From an uncultured Acidobacteriota bacterium (GTDB lineage Bacteria; Acidobacteriota; Vicinamibacteria; Vicinamibacterales; UBA2999): a DNA stretch of 64,000 bases. Of this stretch, positions 27,535-35,561 are shown in pieces; within the stretch, counting starts at the first letter, position 1; each line of letters opens with the position of its first letter. The notes under the pieces were generated by a model, which saw only the letters and a program-made list of their open reading frames with translations, was not told the DNA's origin and did no database searches. A program made the position numbers and the translations under genes. Location: contig CAWFGB010000005.1 in NCBI GenBank assembly GCA_963815285.1, forward strand, positions 423,919 to 487,918, given 5' to 3'.

Positions 27535-27918
27535 ATGCGCCGCCCGCACCCAACGCTCACGCCCCAGGAACTCGCCATCATGAAGATCGTCTGGCGGCTG
27601 AAGGAGGCGACCGTGCGCGATGTCCACGGTGCGTTGCAGTCCAAGCGACCGGTGGCCTACACCACCGTCATGACGATGATGCGGATCCTCGAGGACAAAG
27701 GCTACCTCAAGAAGACGGTAGCGGAGCGCGCGCATGTCTATCGACCAGCCAAGCCCCGGCACCAGGTGGTTGGCGCCATGGTCAAGGACTTTGTCGATCG
27801 CGTATTCGACGGCGCGTCGGATGCGCTGCTCGTGCACCTGGCCAAGGACAACCGCCTCACCGAGAAACAACGCCGTATCGTCAAGCAGCTGATCGAGAAA
27901 GAGGAAAGTGAGGACTGA
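27535..27918 (+). CDS. BlaI/MecI/CopY-family transcriptional repressor
   Basis: LTPQELAIMKIVWRLKEATVRDVHGAL...YTTVMTMMRILEDKGYL is a winged-helix of the penicillinase-repressor type. Confidence 0.9.
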   Translation: MRRPHPTLTPQELAIMKIVWRLKEATVRDVHGALQSKRPVAYTTVMTMMRILEDKGYLKKTVAERAHVYRPAKPRHQVVGAMVKDFVDRVFDGASDALLVHLAKDNRLTEKQRRIVKQLIEKEESED

Positions 27919-29648
27919 TGGTCGTCGCGTCGCTGCCCAATCTGGTCGCTGTTGCCGCTCAGATCGCCTGCGTCGTGCTCGTCGCCGGCGCGTTCATCTG
28001 GGCGTTGCGTATCACCTCCGCGGGCCTCGGCTACGCGCTCTGGCGCGGCGTGTTCGTCGTCTGCCTGGCGTTACCGTGGATTCAAACGCCGCGCAGTGCG
28101 ACCATCGTGTTCCCCGCCGTGACGGCGTCGGAGTCGACACCTGTAGCCGGCTTGGGCGATGTCACCGAACCGACGCGAAAGGCGGCAGTCGATTGGTCGT
28201 GGCTGCTCGTCATGGCACTCCCGTCTGGCGTGGTCGTTCGTCTCGTCTGGCTCGGCATTGGTGTTGACCGGTTGCGCAGGCTTCGCGGTTCCGGCGAGCG
28301 GGCGCGCGAGGATGAACACGTAGCGCTCCAAACGACGCTTGGCACCCGTGCGGACGTTCGCTATTCCCCTGACGTGCGACAACCGGTGACCTTTGGGCTT
28401 CGTGCTCCAGTGGTGCTGCTGCCGTTGGGCCTACGTGATCATCCCGCCGCCACGCGCGACGCCGTGCTGACCCACGAACTCGTGCATGTCAGGCGGCATG
28501 ACTGGGCCAATGTCATCGTCGAAGAGATCCTGCGCGCATGCCTGTGGTTCCACCCAGTGATGTGGTGGCTCATCTCGCGCGTGCAGCTCGCCCGCGAGGA
28601 AGTCGTCGATGCGACGGCCGTGGCGTTGACTGGGCGCCGCAGCGAATATCTTCGCGCGCTTCTTACGTTCGCCGACGATGTGCCGCTCGCCCCGGCGCCG
28701 GCGTTTGCGCGCCGTCGTCATCTCTTCCGCCGCATCGTGTTGCTTTCCACGGAGGACCTCATGTCTGCACGCCGCATTGTCATCTCCGCTGTCGCGGCAG
28801 GGACCGTTGTCGCAATTGGAACGTGGTCGGTGATCGGCGCGTTCCCGCTGCAAGAAGCGACTTCCCTTGTTCAGACGCAAGCTGGGCCCGTCGAACAGCG
28901 TGCCAGGCAGGCGACGTCAGGCGACCTGCTGCCGCGTCCAATCCTTCGGGACATGCCTCTGTTTCCGCCAGCAGTCGCGGGGGAAGACACCTTGGCCACC
29001 GTGACCTTGCGCACCGTCGTGGACGAAGCCGGCAATATTCCCGAAGTACGCCTGGCGGGTTTTGCATTCCGCTTCGGTGAGCTCCGCGCCACGATGAACG
29101 GTGGCCCCGAGGCCATGTTGCAGTTCGAACAATTCCTGCAACAGGCTTCGTTTCGCGCAAGCTCCGGCGCAAGCGCCGGCGCGGCGACATTGCGTCCGGT
29201 GCTCGAGGCGTTTATCGAATCAGCGGCCTGGGCGGTTCGCCAATCGCGCTACGAGCCGCCAAGCGGAGGTGCGGTCGTGTTCAACACGGTGGTGCAATTC
29301 GCGTCTGGCGCGGAGGTCGTGGTGCGGGACATGCCGATTTCAGAACAGGTTACCGATGATGGCGCTCTGCGAGTTGGCGGCAACATCAAGGCACCGCGCA
29401 AGATTAAGGATGTCAGGGCGGTGTATCCACCAGAGGCCCGTGATGCTGGGGTGCAGGGCGTTGTCATCATCGAGATCCGCGTCGAGACTGACGGCCGGGT
29501 CGGTCGCGCGCGAGTCCTGCGTTCGATCCCGTTGTTGGATCAAGCCGCGATCGACGCGGTGCAGCAGTGGGAGTTCGAGCCCTCGCTGCTCAACGGCGCG
29601 CCGGTGGCCGTCGTCATGACCGTCACCCTTCAGTTCACCTCGCAATAG
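27918..29648 (+). CDS. M56 (BlaR1-like) peptidase sensor fused to a C-terminal TonB domain
   Basis: VLTHELVHVRRHDW carries the M56 HExxH motif. There are several TM helices, and the C-terminal VQGVVIIEIRVETDGRVGRARVLRSIPLLDQAAIDAVQQWEFEP is a TonB_C domain. The start overlaps the blaI-like stop. Confidence 0.9.
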   Translation: MVVASLPNLVAVAAQIACVVLVAGAFIWALRITSAGLGYALWRGVFVVCLALPWIQTPRSATIVFPAVTASESTPVAGLGDVTEPTRKAAVDWSWLLVMALPSGVVVRLVWLGIGVDRLRRLRGSGERAREDEHVALQTTLGTRADVRYSPDVRQPVTFGLRAPVVLLPLGLRDHPAATRDAVLTHELVHVRRHDWANVIVEEILRACLWFHPVMWWLISRVQLAREEVVDATAVALTGRRSEYLRALLTFADDVPLAPAPAFARRRHLFRRIVLLSTEDLMSARRIVISAVAAGTVVAIGTWSVIGAFPLQEATSLVQTQAGPVEQRARQATSGDLLPRPILRDMPLFPPAVAGEDTLATVTLRTVVDEAGNIPEVRLAGFAFRFGELRATMNGGPEAMLQFEQFLQQASFRASSGASAGAATLRPVLEAFIESAAWAVRQSRYEPPSGGAVVFNTVVQFASGAEVVVRDMPISEQVTDDGALRVGGNIKAPRKIKDVRAVYPPEARDAGVQGVVIIEIRVETDGRVGRARVLRSIPLLDQAAIDAVQQWEFEPSLLNGAPVAVVMTVTLQFTSQ

Positions 29649-29662
29649 CACGGAGGATCGAG

Positions 29663-29746
29663 GATCACAGGGTTCCGATCACAGGGTTCCGATCACAGCG
29701 TTCCGGCCACAGCGTTCCGGCCACAGCGTTCCGGCCACAGAGTTCC
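29663..29746. repeat. Six tandem 14-nt units (GATCACAGGGTTCC x2, GATCACAGCGTTCC, GGCCACAGCGTTCC x2, GGCCACAGAGTTCC)
   Basis: Read directly. It begins 15 nt after the BlaR1-TonB stop. Confidence 0.9.
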
Positions 29747-29870
29747 ATTCAAGGTTCACGGGGTTCCCCGACGAGCATTCTCTCGACGGGGTTCGCTTGA
29801 CTTGGTTCACAGAATTCGAGCGCAGTTCCCGTGAGAAGAACTTCGTCGAGGAACACTTCAGTAAACCCAC

Positions 29871-29912
29871 GTGAAAGGAAACCTTGTGAGGGAACCCTGT
29901 GAAGGGAACCCC
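29871..29912. repeat. Three tandem units GTGAARGGAACCY, inverted relative to 29663-29746
   Basis: ggaaccctgtg (29891-29901) is the exact reverse complement of cacagggttcc in the left array. Confidence 0.85.
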
Positions 29913-29937
29913 GGGGTGGTGCCCCGTGGTGCGTCGG

Positions 29938-30438
29938 TTACATCGCCTCGTCAGCTGATGGTCCGTACATTGACGGGACGGGAATGTTCTGGAGACGCAG
30001 GTAGACGCTCATCTGCCCTCGATGATGAATGATGTGGTTCATCACGAAGCCGCGGAGCACCGTCACTTTCGGCATGGTGAACAGCTCCTTGCCCTGGAAT
30101 TTGAGCGTCCACGGCGCCATCAGTTCGGCGTCTGTACGCCGGTTGAGCGCCGCGCGGGCGACGGCCACGTTGGCGTCGAACATCTGCAGCACCGCGGCGC
30201 GCGTGGATGGGGGGACGTATCCCTCGGGCCGGCCGGTGGCCATGTCGATGCCGGCTTCTTCGATCGTCACCCTGGCCCATGTCGGCAGTTCGGCCAGGTG
30301 TTCGGCCAGCCGGCCGAGGGTCATGCTTTTCTCGTGAGGTTTCCAGGCGAACTGGCCATCGGGAATCCGGTCCAACAGGCGCCGCGTGATTCCCATTTCG
30401 CGATCGAATTCCGGCAAAAGCGATTCGACGATGGACAT
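29938..30438 (-). CDS. DinB-family (four-helix-bundle metalloenzyme-like) protein
   Basis: MSIVESLLPEFDREMGITRRLLDRIP...MNHIIHHRGQMSVYLR is typical of DinB/DUF664 proteins. Only the last 166 codons of track ORF 29938..30777 are credible. Confidence 0.85.
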   Translation of the reverse strand: MSIVESLLPEFDREMGITRRLLDRIPDGQFAWKPHEKSMTLGRLAEHLAELPTWARVTIEEAGIDMATGRPEGYVPPSTRAAVLQMFDANVAVARAALNRRTDAELMAPWTLKFQGKELFTMPKVTVLRGFVMNHIIHHRGQMSVYLRLQNIPVPSMYGPSADEAM

Positions 30439-30500
30439 CGGGGGATGATACCGGAGCTTCCTCGGGTCGGCGGATGTCCTGCGCCGACGCGCACAGCTTT

Positions 30501-31916
30501 CTATCGGCCTGGCGGCCGTGGCGCGACATTCGGAGGCATCGGCACGACACTCGGTGCCATCGGCACCGTACCCGGAGGCATCGGCAGTGGCGGCGGCGGT
30601 GCCATCATCGGCGTGGGCGGAATTGGCGCGTGCCATAGAACCGGCGGGTGCGGCACGGGAAGGTGGAAATTGAAGTCGTCGTCGAAGTCGCCCGGCGCTG
30701 GCATCGGCATCGGCATCGGCATCGGCAGCGGCATCGCCATCAGCGTCGGGAGGTCGAACTCCACCGGATGATCCCACTCGAAGTTGAACGCGTGGTCGCC
30801 CTTTGGCGGCTTCGGCGGAGGGGGCGGAGGGGCCGGAAGCGCCTTCGGGGTTTCGCCCCTGCGCTGGCGCCGGAGCTGATCGGCGGTCATGATGGACTTG
30901 CGCGCCAGCGTGATGTCGCCGTTGAATGTCTGCAGCTCTATCCGGGCGCTACCTGACCCGAGCGTGAAGTTGAACCGCTTGCTGCCCTCGCTGGCATTTT
31001 GGCCGTCGGGCAGCACCACCGGGAAGTCGGCCCTGAAATCGCCCTGGAACGTGCGCACGAACACGGTGGCGTTGTTGACACCGCCCAGCCCGAGACGAAG
31101 GTCCCCGCCATGCGTGGTCAGACGATAGGACCCGGCGTCGCGCATCGTGCCGTTGAACGTGACGTCGCCGTTCACCGTCGAGATCTCCAGACTGGACGTC
31201 TGCGCGTTCTGCACTTCGATGTCGCCGTTGGTCGTCTCGGCGTAAACGTCACCAGAGATGTCCGTCAGGCGGATGCCTTCGTTGATGGTCGTGGCGCGGA
31301 CGTTGCCTGACGCCTTGTCCACCGTGATGACGCCCTCCACCGATCGCAAGTTGATGTTGCCGGAGCCGCCCACTACGCGGATGTTGCCGTGCACGGATTC
31401 GACGGTCACTTCAGCGGTCGTGCCTTCGATGGTTGATTCGAGGTAGGTGCCTGACAGATTGACGGCCATCCAGCGTGGCACCGTCAACTGATAGTCGATG
31501 AGCCCCCCGGGCCCGCGCTCGGCGCGCGCGCGGATGCGCACGGTGCTGTCCGCCGACGCGACATCGATCGTCACACGGTCGTTGTGCGTCGCCTGGACGC
31601 GCACCTGCTCGCGATCCCATGAACGCACCACCACTTCACCAGCGTTGTTGCTGAGCACGAGCCTGGTGCCCTTGACGACGTCCACCGTCTGATCGGTGCG
31701 CGGTGAGGTTTCCGGTCCGCCCGGACGTGCCTGGATCGGTGGCTGCTGCTGCGCATCGGTGCCCCGATCCTGCGCCGCCACGGCCGGTCGCACCCAGACG
31801 AGCACCAGCATCGCCATCGCGAACCATCGGAGCGAACCGCCGTAGAACCGCCGTGAAGAATCGGCGTAGGAACGGCCGTGAAGAACCCTCGTGAAGAACC
31901 CTCGTGAAGCACCCAT
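30501..31916 (-). CDS. DUF4097-type beta-strand-repeat protein (putative adhesin fold) with a long Pro/Met-rich C-terminal tail
   Basis: GNIRVVGGSGNINLRSVEGVITVDKASGNVRATTINEGIRLTDISGDVYAETTNGDIEV are DUF4097-like repeats. The tail is PPPPPPKPPKG...MAMPLPMPMPMPMPAPG...PMMAPPPPLPMPPGTVPMAPSVVPMPP. The real start may be ATG 31817 or 31811, because the first 33 codons lie in a tandem-repeat array. Confidence 0.8.
   Translation of the reverse strand: MGASRGFFTRVLHGRSYADSSRRFYGGSLRWFAMAMLVLVWVRPAVAAQDRGTDAQQQPPIQARPGGPETSPRTDQTVDVVKGTRLVLSNNAGEVVVRSWDREQVRVQATHNDRVTIDVASADSTVRIRARAERGPGGLIDYQLTVPRWMAVNLSGTYLESTIEGTTAEVTVESVHGNIRVVGGSGNINLRSVEGVITVDKASGNVRATTINEGIRLTDISGDVYAETTNGDIEVQNAQTSSLEISTVNGDVTFNGTMRDAGSYRLTTHGGDLRLGLGGVNNATVFVRTFQGDFRADFPVVLPDGQNASEGSKRFNFTLGSGSARIELQTFNGDITLARKSIMTADQLRRQRRGETPKALPAPPPPPPKPPKGDHAFNFEWDHPVEFDLPTLMAMPLPMPMPMPMPAPGDFDDDFNFHLPVPHPPVLWHAPIPPTPMMAPPPPLPMPPGTVPMAPSVVPMPPNVAPRPPGR
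31821..31916. repeat. About 8 degenerate tandem 12-13 nt units with a GAACC core (GTGAAGAACCCTC x2 perfect)
   Basis: gcgaaccatcg, gagcgaaccgcc, gtagaaccgcc, gtgaagaatcggc, gtaggaacggcc, gtgaagaaccctc (x2) and gtgaagcacccatc. This is the same family as 29871-29912. Confidence 0.75.
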
Positions 31917-31920
31917 CGAA

Positions 31921-32697
31921 CTAGTCTCCTGATATGGAGTGAATCATCGTCGCGCGCCGCAGCAAATCGAGCTTCTTGCGCCGGGCATCCGCGAGATGAG
32001 AGTTGAGGAACGTGTTGGCCGGGTCGGCATCGAGCGCCGCCCGTGCTTCGCGAATCGCCTGGTCTATCGAGGCCAGATTGCGCTCGATGATCATGACGGT
32101 CTGCGGATTGAGCTCGTCGCGCAGGTCGGCGAGGATCTTCTCGAGATCCGCGACCGCCTCGTCATACTGCGCGTCGGCAAAGTTCGCCCGCTCCACGTCC
32201 GCCAATGGGGCCATGACTGGTTCGGCAAACGCGTGAACCACAACCTCGGGCACGCCCGGTTGCGACAACGCGCGCCCGGCCGCCAGATAGGCAACGGCTG
32301 CGGACACGGCGATCAAAAGGGAAGCGGCGAGTGCCAGTTGGGGAAGGGTGAAGACAAATTGTCGTGATGGTGTTGCCGGCGTCGAAGCGCGGTCCCGCCT
32401 GGTGGTGAACTCCAGTGGAGCGCGGCCGGGGTCCTGGGGGAGAGCGTGAGCGGCCGCGCTCGAGGCGCCGGCTTCAGCCGGCGCAATCTGTTGCAGAATG
32501 GCTGGCCACAAATCGATCTGCGGATCCTGATCGGCATCGGCACGCGCCGTCGTGATGACCAGCCGCAGTTCGGCGAGGATCTCCCGACATGCGCCACACG
32601 CGCTCAAGTGCGCGTCGCACTCCGCTCGCTCGGGCGCGCTCATCTCGCCGTCGAGATAATCCGAGAGTCGGTCCGTCCAGTGAGTCGTCACGGTCAT
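31921..32697 (-). CDS. Anti-sigma factor (zf-HC2 type), single-pass membrane protein
   Basis: HWTDRLSDYLDGEMSAPERAECDAHLSACGACREILAEL carries the H-x3-C-x2-C motif. A central TM segment (LALAASLLIAVSAAVAYLAA) follows. It sits directly downstream of the ECF sigma gene. Confidence 0.8.
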   Translation of the reverse strand: MTVTTHWTDRLSDYLDGEMSAPERAECDAHLSACGACREILAELRLVITTARADADQDPQIDLWPAILQQIAPAEAGASSAAAHALPQDPGRAPLEFTTRRDRASTPATPSRQFVFTLPQLALAASLLIAVSAAVAYLAAGRALSQPGVPEVVVHAFAEPVMAPLADVERANFADAQYDEAVADLEKILADLRDELNPQTVMIIERNLASIDQAIREARAALDADPANTFLNSHLADARRKKLDLLRRATMIHSISGD

Positions 32698-32730
32698 TCT
32701 CCTGCGGCCTGCCTTCGCATCTCCGGGACG

Positions 32731-33264
32731 TCAGACCCGTTCCGGGGCCTGATTGAGCTGCGTGCGCAGCGTCATGCGCGCGCGGTGAAGCTGCGATTTC
32801 GATGTGCCCACCGAAACACCCAGCAACGTCCCGATCTCGTCGTGCCGGTAGCCCTCGATGTCGTGCAGCACGAACACCGCTCGCGCGCCCGGGGGCAGCC
32901 GCTTCATCGCCTGGTCCAAATCCATCCGCGTATCGTGCCGTCCGGTTGACGCAGCCGGCATCCGTTCGAGCACCGGCGCACCATCTGCGAGAAACCGCTC
33001 GCGAGCCGTGCCCAAAGTCCTGAAGCGCTCGATGATCACGTTCACCGCCAACCGGTGCAGCCAGGTCGTAAACGACGCCTCCCCGCGAAACGTGCCCAGC
33101 TTCTGCCAGACGCGGACGAACACGTCCTGCGTCAGCTCGTCGGCAGCCTCCGGACCAGCCATTCGCCTGGCCAGGTTGTGCACCCGGCTCAGATGGGCGT
33201 AGTAAATGCGCTCAAAGGCGCCCGTATCCCCTTGAGCCGCAAGGGCGACGTCGTCCACCGGCAT
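32731..33264 (-). CDS. ECF (sigma-70 group 4) RNA polymerase sigma factor
   Basis: Region 2 is AFERIYYAHLSRVHNLARRM...ELTQDVFVRVWQKL and region 4 is VFVLHDIEGYRHDEIGTLLGVSVGTSKSQLHRAR. I prefer the start MPVDDV (33264) to the track start at 33339. Confidence 0.9.
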   Translation of the reverse strand: MPVDDVALAAQGDTGAFERIYYAHLSRVHNLARRMAGPEAADELTQDVFVRVWQKLGTFRGEASFTTWLHRLAVNVIIERFRTLGTARERFLADGAPVLERMPAASTGRHDTRMDLDQAMKRLPPGARAVFVLHDIEGYRHDEIGTLLGVSVGTSKSQLHRARMTLRTQLNQAPERV

Positions 33265-33392
33265 CAGATTGGATGATCTAGCACAAGGAAAGGTTGGATT
33301 GGCGGGACCCGACTCGTCGGCAGGCAGACCCTGAGCCACCGGACGGGCCCCGTGCCAGCAGGAGTGGGAGAGCAGACGCGTTGAGGCGCCGT

Positions 33393-33971
33393 CTAAGACG
33401 GCGGGCGGCTGAAGTCCACCTTCGGGACGACCTTGGCCGACTCGGGCACCTCGAAGAGCGGGTATTCGTCGAAGCTGAAAATCGCCGCGGTGATGTTGCT
33501 CGGGAACTGGCGCCGTGACGTGTTGTACTGCTGCACCCGTTCGTTGTAGCGCATGCGTTCGACCGCAATACGGTTCTCCGTGCCAGCCAGTTCGTCCATC
33601 AGCCGGCCAAACGTCTCATTCGACTTGAGCACCGGGTAGTTCTCGACGACCACGAGCAGGCGGGCGAGCGCCGAGGACTGTTCGTTGGCCGCCTCGATTT
33701 TCTGGTCGGTGGTCGTCGCGCCGGCGAGCTTTGCACGCGAGTCGGCGATGGCCTGGAACACGTCACGTTCCTGCCCAGCAAATCCCTTGGTCGTCTCGAC
33801 CAGGTTCGGGATGAGGTCGTTGCGGCGCTGCAGCTGATTTTCCACCTGCGCCCACTGAGCCTTCACTGCCTCCTCTTCGGAGACAAAGCGGTTGTACGAG
33901 CAGCCGGATGAGGCGCCTGCCGCGACAACCATCAACATCGCCAGCGTCGTTCGACGGAGGTAGGTGGTCAT
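33393..33971 (-). CDS. LemA family protein
   Basis: AQWAQVENQLQRRNDLIPNLVETTKGFAGQERDVF...ENRIAVERMRYNERVQQYNT is canonical LemA. Only the last 192 codons of track ORF 33393..34166 are credible. Confidence 0.9.
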   Translation of the reverse strand: MTTYLRRTTLAMLMVVAAGASSGCSYNRFVSEEEAVKAQWAQVENQLQRRNDLIPNLVETTKGFAGQERDVFQAIADSRAKLAGATTTDQKIEAANEQSSALARLLVVVENYPVLKSNETFGRLMDELAGTENRIAVERMRYNERVQQYNTSRRQFPSNITAAIFSFDEYPLFEVPESAKVVPKVDFSRPPS

Positions 33972-33981
33972 ATCCGTATTA

Positions 33982-34806
33982 TCACCAAGAAGCGCCGCCG
34001 CCGCCGCCCCCGCTACTGCCGCCCCCGAACCCGCCAAAGCCGCCGCCGAAACCGCCTCCGCCGCTCCAGCCGCCACCGCCGCCCATATGCCAGCCGCCGT
34101 ATCCCGCGCCGAACGGACCGACCGTGCTCCCCCAGCGGCCTCTCCGGCGCCGCCCTCGTCGGCCACCCGTCAGCACGTTCATGATGCCGCGGACGACGTT
34201 GATGATCACAATGAGGAGGATCAAGAGGAATACCGGCGGGAACCCACCGCCGGAGGGCGGCGCTGCCGGCTGCTCGGCCGGCAGTCCTTCGAGCGTCACG
34301 CCCCGAGCGGCCGCGATGCGTTCAGCGAACACCCTCACGCCCGCGAGGAGCCCGCCCCCGTAGTCGCCTTGCTTGAAAAACGGCACCATCGTCTGCCGGC
34401 TGGTTTGTCCGGCAAAGCCGTCCGTGATGATCGACTCGAGGTCGTAGCCGACCTCAGCCCATACTTCGCGATCGTCCACGGCGAGCAGGACGAGCATGCC
34501 GTTGTCGCGAGCCTTCCGGCCGATGCCCTTGCCCTTGTTCTCGAACATCTCGTTGGCGTAGACGCGAATGTCCGCCGCGGGCTGGAAGGTCTTGACTGTG
34601 GCCACCACGATGACGTCGCCGCTGGCAGCCTGGAGCTTCCTGATGATGTCTTCGAGCGCGGCAGTGGCACTCGAGTCGACGACCCCGGCGAAATCACTCA
34701 CCGGCCCGGTCAACTCCGGGGGCTGTTGCGCCTGGGCCGGCGCCGATAGCAAGAGCACCGTGAGGCAGAGGCCAGCTGCGCGAGCGCGGGTCATGCCCCG
34801 GGCCAA
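33982..34806 (-). CDS. TPM-domain (YgcG-like) protein with a TM segment and a Gly-rich tail
   Basis: A signal peptide is followed by VSDFAGVVDSSATAALEDIIRKLQAASGDVIVVATV (TPM_phosphatase-like), then a TM segment, then GGGGGWSGGGGFGGGFGGFGGG. LemA-TPM is a common gene pair. Confidence 0.85.
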   Translation of the reverse strand: MARGMTRARAAGLCLTVLLLSAPAQAQQPPELTGPVSDFAGVVDSSATAALEDIIRKLQAASGDVIVVATVKTFQPAADIRVYANEMFENKGKGIGRKARDNGMLVLLAVDDREVWAEVGYDLESIITDGFAGQTSRQTMVPFFKQGDYGGGLLAGVRVFAERIAAARGVTLEGLPAEQPAAPPSGGGFPPVFLLILLIVIINVVRGIMNVLTGGRRGRRRRGRWGSTVGPFGAGYGGWHMGGGGGWSGGGGFGGGFGGFGGGSSGGGGGGASW

Positions 34807-35486
34807 CGATCGACGAAATCTGCCAGCCGTTCCATCGTGTCGAGATACGCAGGGAAGAGCTTCACCGCATCAACTGAAGGTGGTCCCGTGTTTTCGGCCA
34901 ACGTGAGGAGATCGCCCACCGTGTGTGGGTCCAGCCGCAGCCGCTGGGCATAGTGGACGAGGTCGCCTGGGCTGGTGCTCGCCTGATCATCGAGGCGGGC
35001 GAGAAGGCGCAGGAGCGCCTCGAATCCCGGCGCGGATTCGCGGACCAGGGCGTTGATATCGGCATAGTGCCCACCGCTTTCGAGGTAGTCTTCCCGCAGG
35101 TGCAGCAGGTGACTTTTGACCTGCACTTCGCAGGCGCGCCGCAGGTCGTCGCGCCTGATCGTCAGATCCTCGAACGGATCGACGCCGAACACCACCTCGT
35201 GGCGCTGGATGATCTCGCCGTATTCGATGGGAAACGCATCAAGGGAACGCGCGAATTCCGCCCGTGTCAGCATCAGCGGCGTCGCGGCGCCGGCGCGGCG
35301 CCACACCCCTGTGCGAGCGGCGCAGGCGTTGAGATCCTCCATCGACAGCGAACGCACGAGTGCCAGCGTCGGCACTGGACCATTGGCCCGCCAGCCATAG
35401 ACCACAAGGGCCTCGAGCCGGTCGCCAAACACGCGCTGCAGGTCGTCGAGGACCGGTTTCACGGTTGACGCATGCGCCGTCGCCAT
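34791..35486 (-). CDS. Hypothetical protein, nucleotidyltransferase-like (minimal NTase plus helical domain)
   Basis: MATAHASTVKPVLDDLQRVFGDRLEALVVYGW...PLMLTRAEFARSLDAFPIEYGEIIQRHEVVFG. It overlaps the TPM start by 16 nt. The upstream 327 codons of track ORF 34791..36467 are antisense to the yvcK-like gene and are rejected. Confidence 0.6.
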   Translation of the reverse strand: MATAHASTVKPVLDDLQRVFGDRLEALVVYGWRANGPVPTLALVRSLSMEDLNACAARTGVWRRAGAATPLMLTRAEFARSLDAFPIEYGEIIQRHEVVFGVDPFEDLTIRRDDLRRACEVQVKSHLLHLREDYLESGGHYADINALVRESAPGFEALLRLLARLDDQASTSPGDLVHYAQRLRLDPHTVGDLLTLAENTGPPSVDAVKLFPAYLDTMERLADFVDRWPGA

Positions 35487-35561
35487 ATAAGAGAACGTTA
35501 CCAGTTTCTGAAGCGGTTGTTCACGGCCGGCCACGTGTGTGGTTGATACAATTCGAGCCGG

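Noticed and set aside
29663-29746. Possible CRISPR array (also considered for 5431-5555 and 16066-16260)
   Set aside because: The units are 14-30 nt and directly abutting with no unique spacers. There are no cas genes in the window, and one array is coding. These are tandem repeats, not CRISPR.
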